Shown here piece after piece: positions 55,714-64,000 of a DNA stretch of 64,000 nucleotides. Source of the DNA: Acidobacteriota bacterium (GTDB taxonomy: Bacteria; Acidobacteriota; Thermoanaerobaculia; UBA5066); the NCBI GenBank assembly GCA_036759345.1, contig DAIOUV010000005.1, forward strand, positions 56,246 through 120,245, given 5' to 3'. The notes beneath the pieces are model-generated. The model was not told where the DNA came from, made no database searches, and saw nothing but the letters and a program-made list of their open reading frames with translations. Each line of letters starts with the position of its first letter. Position 1 is the first letter of the stretch. Made by a program: the position numbers and the translations under genes.

Positions 55714-56936
55714 CGAAGACCGGCAACATCCTGAAGGTCGCGTTTCGCGCGCTCTCGCGCAACAAGCTGCGCTCGCTCCTGACGGCTCTCGGCATCATCA
55801 TCGGCGTCGCGTGCGTCGTCGCGACGATCGGGATCGGGGAAGGGGCGCGCCTGCAGGCGGAGAACCAGCTCAAGTCGCTCGGGACGAACTTCCTCATGAT
55901 CTTCCCGGGCACGACGACGTCCTCCGGCGCGAGGACGGGCTGGGGCGGCAGCTCGCGCCTCTCGGGCGATGACGTCGAGGCGCTCAAGCGCGAGGTCTCG
56001 ACGGTCGCGTACGTCTCCGCGACGATCCGCACGGTCGCGCAGGTCATCTACGGCAACCAGAACTGGTCGACGTCCATTCAGGGCGGCGAGGTCGACTGGC
56101 CGCTCATCCGGTCGTGGAACCTCTCGGGCGGCCAGTTCTTCACGGATCAGGACAATCGCTCGGCGAGCAAGGTGTGCGTACTCGGGCAGACGGTGAAAAC
56201 GAACCTGTTCGGCGACGAGGACCCGATCGGCAAGACGATCCGCATCAAGAACATCCCGTTCAAGGTCGTGGGTGTCCTCGAGTCCAAGGGCGGCTCCACG
56301 ATGGGGCAGGACCAGGACGACATCGTCATCGCCCCCTACGAGACCGTGCGCAAGAAGATCATGGGGACGACGGCGGTGGGCGCGATCCTCGCGTCGGCGT
56401 CCTCGAACGAGCTCGTCGGACGCGCCCAGGAGGAAATTACGGCCCTCCTCCGCCAGCGGCACCGCATCAACAAGGCGACCGGCCAGGACGACGACTTCAT
56501 GATCCGCTCGCAGACCGAGATGCTGGAGCAAGCCAAAGAGCAGAGCCGCACGATGAGCGCGCTCCTCTGGTCGATCGCGGGCGTGTCGCTGCTCGTGGGC
56601 GGCATTGGAATCATGAACATCATGCTCGTCTCGGTGACCGAGAGGACGCGTGAGATCGGCGTTCGCATGGCGATCGGCGCCAAGGGCGGAGACATCCGCG
56701 CGCAGTTCCTCGTCGAGGCCGTCGTCCTCGCGGTCACGGGCGGCGCCGTGGGGATCGGGCTCGGGATCGGGATCCAGCGCACCGTGGCCCGCTTCGCGGG
56801 ATGGCCCGTCTCCGTGCAGCCGAGCGCCATCTGGCTCGCGTTCGTGTTCTCGGCTCTCGTCGGAATCGCTTTCGGCTTTTATCCGGCCCTGAAGGCCAGC
56901 CGGCTCGATCCCATCGAGGCCCTGCGATACGAGTGA
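55710..56936 (+). CDS. ABC transporter permease (MacB/FtsX family)
   Basis: N-terminal TM, large periplasmic domain, C-terminal 3 TM FtsX-like region; ATG overlaps ATPase stop. Confidence 0.85.
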   Translation: MTKTGNILKVAFRALSRNKLRSLLTALGIIIGVACVVATIGIGEGARLQAENQLKSLGTNFLMIFPGTTTSSGARTGWGGSSRLSGDDVEALKREVSTVAYVSATIRTVAQVIYGNQNWSTSIQGGEVDWPLIRSWNLSGGQFFTDQDNRSASKVCVLGQTVKTNLFGDEDPIGKTIRIKNIPFKVVGVLESKGGSTMGQDQDDIVIAPYETVRKKIMGTTAVGAILASASSNELVGRAQEEITALLRQRHRINKATGQDDDFMIRSQTEMLEQAKEQSRTMSALLWSIAGVSLLVGGIGIMNIMLVSVTERTREIGVRMAIGAKGGDIRAQFLVEAVVLAVTGGAVGIGLGIGIQRTVARFAGWPVSVQPSAIWLAFVFSALVGIAFGFYPALKASRLDPIEALRYE

Positions 56937-56961
56937 GCCCAAACCGCGCTAACCTTTCCGG

Positions 56962-59598
56962 GTGAATCCGGACATCTCGGACATCTCGGACCCGAGCGCC
57001 GCCGTCTCCGGCCTAATCCGCTCGGGCGAGACGCAGGCCGTTCGGGATGCCGGAGCGTGGAACCCCCGCCGGTCTCTCGTGGCGCGGCTTCTCTGGTACG
57101 TCGTTCCGGTCGCGCTCGTTCCGGCAGCCGTCTACTGGCTTTCCGTGGACCGGATCGGCCGCGAGCAGCAGCAGAGCATTCGTGCCACGCTCCTCCGCGA
57201 AGCGAGCCAACACGAGGAGCAGGCGCTTTCCGAGGAGGCGGCCGATCGGATCCGGCAGATCGCCGACGCCACGCGCGACATCGTCGCGATCACTCACCGC
57301 GCGGCCGAGCACGCGCGGAGCGCGCTCGAGGACGGTCCGGACCCGAAGCTTCCGGCGGAGCCGCTCGTGGAAGACGCGGGCGGGTTGCTCCACACGACGG
57401 GGCACGGGGTCAGTGCCGCGATCGTGAGCCGGGCGACGGGACTGGGGACTCAGGCGCGCCGCGACCTCGCCGCGACCCGGCGCCTCGAGGCGCCGTTCGT
57501 CGTCCTCGGTCTCGGCCCGATTGATCTGTCCGCGCTCTCGATCCGGACGGCCTCGGGCATCCTCAGGGTCGTACCCGGCCTCGACCTGAGTCCGGGCGGG
57601 AAGCCCGTCGTCGATCCGGCCTTCCGTTTTCCGAGCGCCTCGGCGCGGCCGCTCGTGGACGGGACCGGGGTGGTGGACCGGTCAGACGTCATCTGGTCCG
57701 ACGTCTATGACGACTCCTATGCCGGAAACGGCAACATCGTTTCGGCTGTCGCCCTCGTGAAGGGGAAAGACGGCCGGCTTCTCGGCGAGGTCGCCGCCGA
57801 CTGGGTTTTTCCGCGGTTGTTCCAGGGGTCGGAGGATCCCAAGCTGCCGGACGACGTCGAGTTCGTGTTCACGGCGGACGGCAAGGCGGTCGTCTCGGCG
57901 CCCGCGAGGCGGACGACCCCCGAACAGGTCCACGAGGTCGGCGCGGTCGTGGCGAAGCGGGGCGACGGCGTTCTCGCGACGGAGATCGGGGGCCGGGCGT
58001 TTCTTCTCGTCGTGCGCCGCGTGCCGGATCTCCGGTGGACGTACGTGAGGATGACGCCGAGAGCGGCGCTCGAAAAGAAGATCGCCGCCCAGATCGATCC
58101 CATTTTCGCAGTGGCCGAGCGCAAACGAAACGAATTGCGACTGCTCTATCTCGCCCTCGTCGGGGTCTTCGCCGCCGCCGTCGTCGTCGCCATGCGCCGG
58201 GCCCTCATGCCCCTGCGCCGCGTCGCCCGCGTCGCCGACGCCATCGCGTTCGGGCGGCCGACGCCGCGCCTCCCCGAGGGGGATCGTCTCGACGAGGTGG
58301 GCCGGCTCTATCGCGCCATGACGAACCTCGACCGGCGCGTGCGGTGGCGCATCGCCTCGATGGAGGGAGTCCACCGGCTCGCGCAGACGGCCGCCCTCAT
58401 GACGCGCCCGGAGGAGACCTTCGCGCAGATCACGCGCCAGATCGCGGCTCTCGTCGGCGCCACGAAGGCCTGGATCTGCCTCTGGGAGCCCGAGACCCGT
58501 TCTCTCGTGCTGACGCCTCCCGGGTTCGGCGTGTCCGACGACGCGCTTCGCGGCCGCCGCCTCGGGCTGAACGATGAGAGCCTGGCGATTTTCTGTTACC
58601 GGACGGGGGAGACGTGCCTCAGGAACGACGTGCCTTTGGACCCAAGGCTGTCGGAGGCCCTCGTGGGCGCACTCGGCATCGAGAAGAACGTCGTCTTCGC
58701 GCCGCTCAAGGCGGAGGTCGGGATCCTTGGAGTCCTCGCGGTGGCCGACAAGCCCGGCGGCTTCGACGCCGAGGATCAGTCCGCGATCGACGGATACGCC
58801 GGCGAAGCGGCCCTTCTGCTCCGGAACGCGCGCCTCTACGAGGAGCTGCAGCGCAGCTACGAGAGGCTGCGGGACGCGCAGCGGAACCGCAATTACTTTC
58901 TCCAGAACATCAACCACGAGCTGCGCACGCCGCTCACGGCCATCCTCGGATGGAGCGAGGTTCTCGCGGAGGACCGGCCCGACAAGGAGACGGTGAAGAT
59001 CGCGGTCGACCAGATCAACCGCTCCGCGCAGTTTCTCCTCGCCCTCATCGGCGACCTTCTCGACCTGTCCCGGTTCGAGGAGGGGCGCACGCGTCTCGAA
59101 CCCGAAGTCGTGGATCTCGGCCTCCTCGTCTCGGACTCCGTCGAGCCCGTCTTTGTCATGGCCGAGGCCAAGGGAATCCGGATGTCGCTCGTGGTTCCGA
59201 CCCAAAAGACGCCAGTCCGGCTCGATCCGCTGCGCATCCGGCAGGTCCTCTGGAACCTCGTTCACAACGCGGTGAAATTCACCCAGAAGGGGGGCGAGAT
59301 CCGCGTGGAGGCCGAAGCCGACGATCGCGAGATCTCCTTCTCGATCGCCGACAACGGCGTCGGCATCGACGCGAAGGACCTTCCTCTGATTTTCGAGCGC
59401 TTCCGCCAGATCGACGGGTCGGCGACGCGCGCCTATCGCGGCATGGGGATCGGCCTCGCGCTCGCGAAGGCGTTTGTCGAGCTCCACGGCGGCACGATCC
59501 AGGTCGACAGCCAACCGGGTCGGGGCACCACGTTCCGCGTCCGGCTGCCGCGCATCGCGTCCGGCCCCGAGGCGCCGCCGGAGAAATCAGGAACGTGA
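56962..59598 (+). CDS. Sensor histidine kinase (TM, GAF, HisKA, HATPase_c)
   Basis: …LQNINHELRTPLTAILGW… H-box, …HNAVKFTQKGGEIRV… N-box, …DNGVGIDAKDLPLIFERF…, G2 box GMGIGLALAK. Confidence 0.85.
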   Translation: MNPDISDISDPSAAVSGLIRSGETQAVRDAGAWNPRRSLVARLLWYVVPVALVPAAVYWLSVDRIGREQQQSIRATLLREASQHEEQALSEEAADRIRQIADATRDIVAITHRAAEHARSALEDGPDPKLPAEPLVEDAGGLLHTTGHGVSAAIVSRATGLGTQARRDLAATRRLEAPFVVLGLGPIDLSALSIRTASGILRVVPGLDLSPGGKPVVDPAFRFPSASARPLVDGTGVVDRSDVIWSDVYDDSYAGNGNIVSAVALVKGKDGRLLGEVAADWVFPRLFQGSEDPKLPDDVEFVFTADGKAVVSAPARRTTPEQVHEVGAVVAKRGDGVLATEIGGRAFLLVVRRVPDLRWTYVRMTPRAALEKKIAAQIDPIFAVAERKRNELRLLYLALVGVFAAAVVVAMRRALMPLRRVARVADAIAFGRPTPRLPEGDRLDEVGRLYRAMTNLDRRVRWRIASMEGVHRLAQTAALMTRPEETFAQITRQIAALVGATKAWICLWEPETRSLVLTPPGFGVSDDALRGRRLGLNDESLAIFCYRTGETCLRNDVPLDPRLSEALVGALGIEKNVVFAPLKAEVGILGVLAVADKPGGFDAEDQSAIDGYAGEAALLLRNARLYEELQRSYERLRDAQRNRNYFLQNINHELRTPLTAILGWSEVLAEDRPDKETVKIAVDQINRSAQFLLALIGDLLDLSRFEEGRTRLEPEVVDLGLLVSDSVEPVFVMAEAKGIRMSLVVPTQKTPVRLDPLRIRQVLWNLVHNAVKFTQKGGEIRVEAEADDREISFSIADNGVGIDAKDLPLIFERFRQIDGSATRAYRGMGIGLALAKAFVELHGGTIQVDSQPGRGTTFRVRLPRIASGPEAPPEKSGT

Positions 59599-60458
59599 TC
59601 GCGCTCTTGTGCTTCGGCGCCGTGTTTCTCGCGCTCTGGGGGACGACGCACGCGTTCTTTCCACCACTGATGCGGAGCGTCCGATCCGGTGTCGGCCGGC
59701 TCGCCCGATGGCTTCGCGGCCACTCCCGGCTCGGACCGCTGTTCGGGCGTCTCGAGACGTGGCGCTCGTATCTCCCGCTCGTCATCGCTCTCGCGATCGG
59801 AACGCTCATCATCGTGTGGACGGCCGATGCGTTTACCGATATCGCGGCCGCGCTCAAGGAGAAGAGCCCGACCGTCCAGCGAATCGACGCGGCTGTCTAT
59901 GAATGGTTCGGTTCCCGGAGGACGCCCTTCACGAGCGCGCTCTTCGTGGCCATCACGACGGTGGGGGGAACCGTGGGAATGGGAGCGCTCGTCGCCACCG
60001 TGCTCGCCGTCCTGATGGCGCGCCGCCGATTTCGCTGGGCGGCATATCTCGCGATCACGTCGGTGGGCGGCGCTCTTCTCAATCAATTGCTGAAGTTTCA
60101 TTACCTGAGGCAGCGTCCCGACCTGAAGGCGGCCGTTCTCGGCGCGATGGGTTATTCGTTCCCCAGCGGACACGCCATGAGCGGCACGATCATCCTCGGC
60201 GCGCTCGCCTATCTCGCGGCCCGTTCGATACGGGAGTGGAAGAACAAGTCCGCCGCGCTCGCCGCCCTCGCGACCTTTGCCCTCGCCATCGGGATCTCCC
60301 GTGTTTACCTCGGAGTCCACTGGACCTCCGACGTCGGCGCCGGCTTTGCGGCCGGATTGCTCTGGGTGACGGCGACGACGACGGGTTACGAGCTCTTCCG
60401 GCAGTACCGCCTCGGCCAGGCGGACATGGCGCAGCGTCGGGCGGCGGCCACGGCGTGA
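59595..60458 (+). CDS. PAP2-family membrane phosphatase
   Basis: GTG overlapping HK stop; KxxxxxxRP (…LRQRPD…), PSGH (…FPSGHAMSG…), SRxxxxxHxxxD (…SRVYLGVHWTSD…) motifs. Confidence 0.8.
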   Translation: MIALLCFGAVFLALWGTTHAFFPPLMRSVRSGVGRLARWLRGHSRLGPLFGRLETWRSYLPLVIALAIGTLIIVWTADAFTDIAAALKEKSPTVQRIDAAVYEWFGSRRTPFTSALFVAITTVGGTVGMGALVATVLAVLMARRRFRWAAYLAITSVGGALLNQLLKFHYLRQRPDLKAAVLGAMGYSFPSGHAMSGTIILGALAYLAARSIREWKNKSAALAALATFALAIGISRVYLGVHWTSDVGAGFAAGLLWVTATTTGYELFRQYRLGQADMAQRRAAATA

Positions 60459-60534
60459 GCGGAGGGGTGGGGTGCGCTCCGCCTGACGTAGAATCCCGGC
60501 CCGTGACGTTTTTCACAAGTGTCAGGGGTGCGCA

Positions 60535-61224
60535 ATGAAGACTCCTCCGCCTCAGCCCCCGCTTGGTCCCGGAATGCCTTCGACGTCGGGCGCGGACTTC
60601 CTGACCACGAAACTCGACGTCGCCGTCCAGTGGGCGCAGTCGAATTCGCTCTGGCCGATGCCCTTCGGAACGGCCTGCTGCGCGATCGAGTTCATGTCCG
60701 TCGTCTCGTCCCACTACGACCTGGCGCGTTTCGGCGCCGAGGTCGTGCGGTTCTCGCCGCGCCAGGCGGACCTCCTGATCGTGGCCGGCACCGTGGTCGA
60801 CAAGCTCGCGCCGGTCCTCAAGAAGATCTACGACCAGATGTCCGAGCCGAAGTGGGTCATTTCCATGGGTGTCTGTGCCTCGACCGGCGGCTTCTACCGC
60901 GCGTACCACGTCGTGCAGGGGATCGACGAGATCGTCCCCGTCGACGTCTACGTCGCGGGCTGCCCGCCGACGCCCGAGAACCTCATCCACGGAATCATGG
61001 AGCTCCAGAAGAAGATCCAGTCCGGCGAGCTGGCCCGCCACCGCGCGTCGAAGACATTCGTCCCGATCCGCGTCGGCACGGACCCGGACCTCTCGATCCC
61101 CGCCTACTCCGACGCCGTCATGGCGCATATGACGGGAAAGAAAGAGCTGCCCCAGATCGGTGAAACGGCCGAGTCCGAGCTCAGCGCGAAGGCCAGGGGC
61201 CAGGCGGGAGAGGGGCACCGATGA
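60535..61224 (+). CDS. nuoB: NADH-quinone oxidoreductase subunit B
   Basis: …[11 protein letters not shown]…, …[11 protein letters not shown]…, …[13 protein letters not shown]… (N2 cluster ligands). Confidence 0.92.
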   Translation: MKTPPPQPPLGPGMPSTSGADFLTTKLDVAVQWAQSNSLWPMPFGTACCAIEFMSVVSSHYDLARFGAEVVRFSPRQADLLIVAGTVVDKLAPVLKKIYDQMSEPKWVISMGVCASTGGFYRAYHVVQGIDEIVPVDVYVAGCPPTPENLIHGIMELQKKIQSGELARHRASKTFVPIRVGTDPDLSIPAYSDAVMAHMTGKKELPQIGETAESELSAKARGQAGEGHR

Positions 61225-62954
61225 GCGCGACCCTGACGCGCCCTTCCCTCTCGTTCGGACCCTTGCTCGAGCAGAAGCTCGAGGGCCGCGTCACCGTCGA
61301 AGAGCGCCCGGCATCCGACATCGCGACGCTCGTCACGGACGCCGCGACGCTGAAAGAGGCGGCCCTCTTCCTGCGCGACGACCCGGCCGCCGCGTTCGAC
61401 CTCTTCCTCGACCTCGTATCCGTCGACCGGTCGAAACTGCCGGGCAACCTCGCGCCCGGGAAAGACGGCCGCTTCCAGGCGAACTACATCCTGTACTCCA
61501 CGAAACGGAACGAGCACCTGAGGCTCCGCGTCAACCTGCCCGAGGAGGCCCCGGCCGTCCCGTCGCTCACCGGCGTCTGGCCGGCGGCGAACTGGTTCGA
61601 GCGCGAGGCATGGGACCTCATGGGGATCCGTTTCGAAGGCCACCCGAACCTCCAGCGGCTGCTCACGCACAACGGCTTCGTCGGCCATGCGCTGCGCAAG
61701 GACTACGACAAGGGCCAGCGCTGGCTGTGCACCGAGGAAGACCTGCTCCAGACCGAGCTCGCCGCGAAGACGGACGACCCTGCGGACATGTTCGAGACGA
61801 TGACGCTGAACTTCGGCCCCTCCCATCCCACGACGCACGGCACGCTGCGCGTCGTGATGCGCGTGGACGGGGAGAGGATCGTCGCGGCCGAGTCCGAGTG
61901 CGGCTACCTCCATCGGTGCTTCGAGAAGATGTCCGAGAGCCACACGTGGGTGCAGGTCATCCCGTACACGGACCGGCTGAACTACTGCTCGCCCATGATC
62001 AACGGCAACGGTTACGCCCTGGCGGTCGAAAAGATGCTCGGCATCGACGTGCCGCCGCGCGCGAAAGCCGCGCGCACCGTCCTGAACGAGTTCAGCCGCA
62101 TCATGGATCACCTCGTGTGCATCGCGGCGAACCTCGTCGACATCGGGGCGCTCACGAACTTCTGGTACGCGTTCCAGCCTCGCGAGGAGATTTACGGCCT
62201 CCTCGAAGCCTGCTGTGGCGCGCGCCTCACGTCTTCATACGCGCGCATCGGCGGTCTCGCGAAGGACGTCCCGGACAACTTCGTGGAGTGGTCCCGGTCG
62301 CTTCTCCCGGGAATCCGCGACCGGGTCGCCGACGTCGACGGCCTCATCACGAAGAACAAGATCGCCTGGAACCGCCTGCGCGGAACCGGCGTCGTAACGA
62401 AGGAGCAGGCCTTGGCCTGGGGCTTCACGGGCCCGTGCCTACGTGCCTCCGGCGTCCCTTACGACGTTCGCAAGGACAAGCCCTACGAGATGTACGGCGA
62501 GGTCGACTTCGACGTCCCCATCGCGACCGACGGCGACAATTTCGCGCGGTACATCGTGCGCGTCGAAGAGATCCGCCAGTCGATGAGGATCATCGAGCAG
62601 ATCCTCGCGCGGTTCCCGAAGGGGCCCGTCAACACGGACGACTATCGGGTCATCCTGCCCCCGAAGGAGATGGTCTACAACGAGATGGAAGGGCTCATCT
62701 ACCACTTCAAGCTCGTATTCGAGGGCGTGAAGGTGCCGGCGGGGGAGATCTACTCCTTCACCGAAGGCGCGAACGGAGAGCTCGGTTACTCGCTCGTGTC
62801 GGACGGCAGCGGTTTCCCATATCGCGTCAAGGTGCGGCCCCCGTGCTTCCCGCTCTTCGCCGCGTACGAAAACATCATCAAGGGCGGCATGGTGTCCGAC
62901 GCCGTCGCCACGCTCGGCTTGCTGAACATCATCGCCGGCGAGCTGGACCGTTAG
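61221..62954 (+). CDS. nuoCD: NADH-quinone oxidoreductase subunit C/D fusion
   Basis: NuoC N-terminal ~170 aa fused to NuoD (…[16 protein letters not shown]…, C-terminal …[11 protein letters not shown]); no NiFe CxxC motifs. Confidence 0.9.
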   Translation: MSATLTRPSLSFGPLLEQKLEGRVTVEERPASDIATLVTDAATLKEAALFLRDDPAAAFDLFLDLVSVDRSKLPGNLAPGKDGRFQANYILYSTKRNEHLRLRVNLPEEAPAVPSLTGVWPAANWFEREAWDLMGIRFEGHPNLQRLLTHNGFVGHALRKDYDKGQRWLCTEEDLLQTELAAKTDDPADMFETMTLNFGPSHPTTHGTLRVVMRVDGERIVAAESECGYLHRCFEKMSESHTWVQVIPYTDRLNYCSPMINGNGYALAVEKMLGIDVPPRAKAARTVLNEFSRIMDHLVCIAANLVDIGALTNFWYAFQPREEIYGLLEACCGARLTSSYARIGGLAKDVPDNFVEWSRSLLPGIRDRVADVDGLITKNKIAWNRLRGTGVVTKEQALAWGFTGPCLRASGVPYDVRKDKPYEMYGEVDFDVPIATDGDNFARYIVRVEEIRQSMRIIEQILARFPKGPVNTDDYRVILPPKEMVYNEMEGLIYHFKLVFEGVKVPAGEIYSFTEGANGELGYSLVSDGSGFPYRVKVRPPCFPLFAAYENIIKGGMVSDAVATLGLLNIIAGELDR

Positions 62955-62968
62955 GCAGGAAAAGGAAA

Positions 62969-63649
62969 ATGGCCGCACGCGTCGTCACGCTCACGAGACC
63001 CGAACCCACGATTCTCGAGCGCCTGTATCTTCCCGAGATCTTCAAGGGCCTCGCGCGGACGTTCGGCCACCTGATGAAGAACCTCGGGAACATGAAGGGT
63101 CTTCCGACCATCCAGTTTCCCGAGATGCGCAGGAAATACTCGGAACGGTTCCGCGGGCGCCACATCCTCAAGACCCGCGAGGACGGCTCGCTCCGGTGCG
63201 TCGCCTGCTACATGTGCGAGACCGCCTGTCCGGCCGACTGCATCAAGATCGAGGCGGGGGAGCACCCCGTCCTCGCCTACGAGAAGTATCCGACCCTCTT
63301 CGAGATCGACCTGCTTCGCTGCGTGATGTGCGGCTACTGCGTCGACGCGTGCCCGAAGGACGCAATCTGGATGACGAAAGACTATGAAATGGCGTTCTTC
63401 GACAGGAAGAGCGCGATCCTCGGCATCCCCGAGCTCACCGAGAAGCCCTCCGACACGGACGCGTCGGGCCCCGGCTACGGTTACCGGCCGTACGAGGGCG
63501 AGAGCCCGATGAGGAAGGCCGGGCAGTTCGAGCCCTCGGGCATTCCGCTGCTTCCGGCGCTCCTGGCGCGCGGGCTCGCGATCAACCGCATGCCGCCCCC
63601 TCCTCCGCCGAAGCCGGCGGCAACGCCTCCGGCGGCGAAGGCGGGCTGA
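62969..63649 (+). CDS. nuoI: NADH-quinone oxidoreductase subunit I with Pro-rich C-terminal extension
   Basis: AGGAAAAGGAAA RBS then ATG; two CxxCxxCxxxCP ferredoxin motifs (CVACYMCETACP, CVMCGYCVDACP); ~70-aa extra C-terminal tail ending PPPPPPKPAATPPAAKAG. Confidence 0.85.
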   Translation: MAARVVTLTRPEPTILERLYLPEIFKGLARTFGHLMKNLGNMKGLPTIQFPEMRRKYSERFRGRHILKTREDGSLRCVACYMCETACPADCIKIEAGEHPVLAYEKYPTLFEIDLLRCVMCGYCVDACPKDAIWMTKDYEMAFFDRKSAILGIPELTEKPSDTDASGPGYGYRPYEGESPMRKAGQFEPSGIPLLPALLARGLAINRMPPPPPPKPAATPPAAKAG

Positions 63650-63783
63650 GGGATGGAATTTTCGGGCAGGGATACCCACGCGGATTCGGTCATCCCTGCT
63701 CGATTGCGTGGAAAATCGAATAGAGATGACCGATTTCGATGACGTCTAATACTAGTTAGGTGCGCCTTGGGAGGTGGTCGTTG

Positions 63784-64000
63784 ATGAAAGAGCCCACTAC
63801 TGCCAGCCGGCTTCAGACGTCGCGGATCGTGCTTGCCTTCCTGCTCGGCCTCGCAATCGCCGGGCCGCTTCTGTTAAGCAATGCCAGTTCTGCAGGCGTG
63901 CCTGAATGGGTAGGCGGCGTCATCGGTGTCGCCGCATTGCTAGGCGCGCTATCAGTGTTTTGGCGCGAGGGCGCGCTCCGAGGCAGCTTCGTGGTGCTCT
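63784..64000 (+). CDS. Partial ORF (5' part) for a hydrophobic protein in a low-GC stretch
   Basis: MKEPTTASRLQTSRIVLAFLLGLAIAGPLLL…; runs off the window end; local GC clearly lower than genome average. Confidence 0.35.
   Translation, partial: MKEPTTASRLQTSRIVLAFLLGLAIAGPLLLSNASSAGVPEWVGGVIGVAALLGALSVFWREGALRGSFVVL

Noticed and set aside
61221-62954. Possibility that the nuoB/CD/I block is a group-4 [NiFe]-hydrogenase (Ech-like) because of the gene order
   Set aside because: The NuoD part lacks the N-terminal RxCGxC and C-terminal DPCxxC Ni-Fe ligand motifs and ends with the complex I …GELDR signature. NuoB has the N2 cluster Cys pattern of complex I.
61160-63649. 829-aa plus-strand ORF spanning nuoCD and nuoI
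   Set aside because: Frame artefact. Only its last 226 codons (from ATG 62969 after a strong RBS) are NuoI. The upstream part overlaps nuoCD out of frame and is Arg/Pro-rich.
1-64000. Search for tRNA, rRNA, CRISPR arrays, transposases or integrases
   Set aside because: No T-loop (GGTTCGAATCC-like) or cloverleaf candidates were seen in intergenic regions. There are no direct-repeat/spacer arrays and no transposase or integrase ORF.

Overview
The window is a very GC-rich bacterial chromosomal segment of about 70% GC by eye; gene content and order are compatible with Acidobacteriota-like or Gemmatimonadota-like genomes, but the taxon is not certain. It is densely coded with many 4-bp stop/start overlaps. 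The main blocks are as follows. (1) rpoA-rplQ, followed by a visibly lower-GC island of about 3.6 kb carrying an eukaryotic-type Ser/Thr kinase with tandem zinc ribbons, a DUF3800 protein and an Mrr-type IV restriction endonuclease; this looks like an acquired defence islet. (2) A minus-strand FecR-like secreted protein, small membrane protein, acpS and response regulator cluster, then def, a REC-GAF regulator and cysS. (3) An aroDE-hisZG-hisD-hisC-hisB-hisH-hisA-hisF/IE-trpE-trpG-trpD-trpCF-trpB-trpA supraoperon of about 15.7 kb that is almost uninterrupted and translationally coupled. It contains several gene fusions: AroD-AroE, HisZ-HisG, HisF-HisI-HisE and TrpC-TrpF. (4) A signalling and cell-envelope block containing a RodZ-like protein, a hypothetical protein, a J-domain/TPR protein and a PP2C phosphatase, followed by a DinG/XPD-type Fe-S helicase fused to an N-terminal RecB-family nuclease domain, PBP4, a SpoIIE-type phosphatase, an epimerase, a 3-methyladenine glycosylase, a GGDEF cyclase, a DUF4388 protein and glutaryl-CoA dehydrogenase. 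(5) asnS, a small low-GC nucleotidyltransferase (toxin-antitoxin-like) islet, an amidase with a Tat-signal small partner, rimO, ribF, an M16 peptidase pair, an outer-membrane barrel, macAB-type efflux, a histidine kinase, a PAP2 phosphatase and a nuoB-nuoCD-nuoI block. The most unusual sequence-level signal is a dispersed AT-rich motif of about 25-30 bp (consensus roughly GGAAGATTTCTTWGAAGGNGAAAGAGG), present in at least 10 copies in both orientations. Nearly all copies lie inside coding sequences (cysS, hisA, trpC, trpF, trpE, mpg, rimO). The copies are read in different frames and often occur as a forward/reverse pair 60-200 bp apart, so they would form long mRNA or DNA hairpins inside housekeeping genes. 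No rRNA, tRNA, CRISPR array or transposase was recognised.
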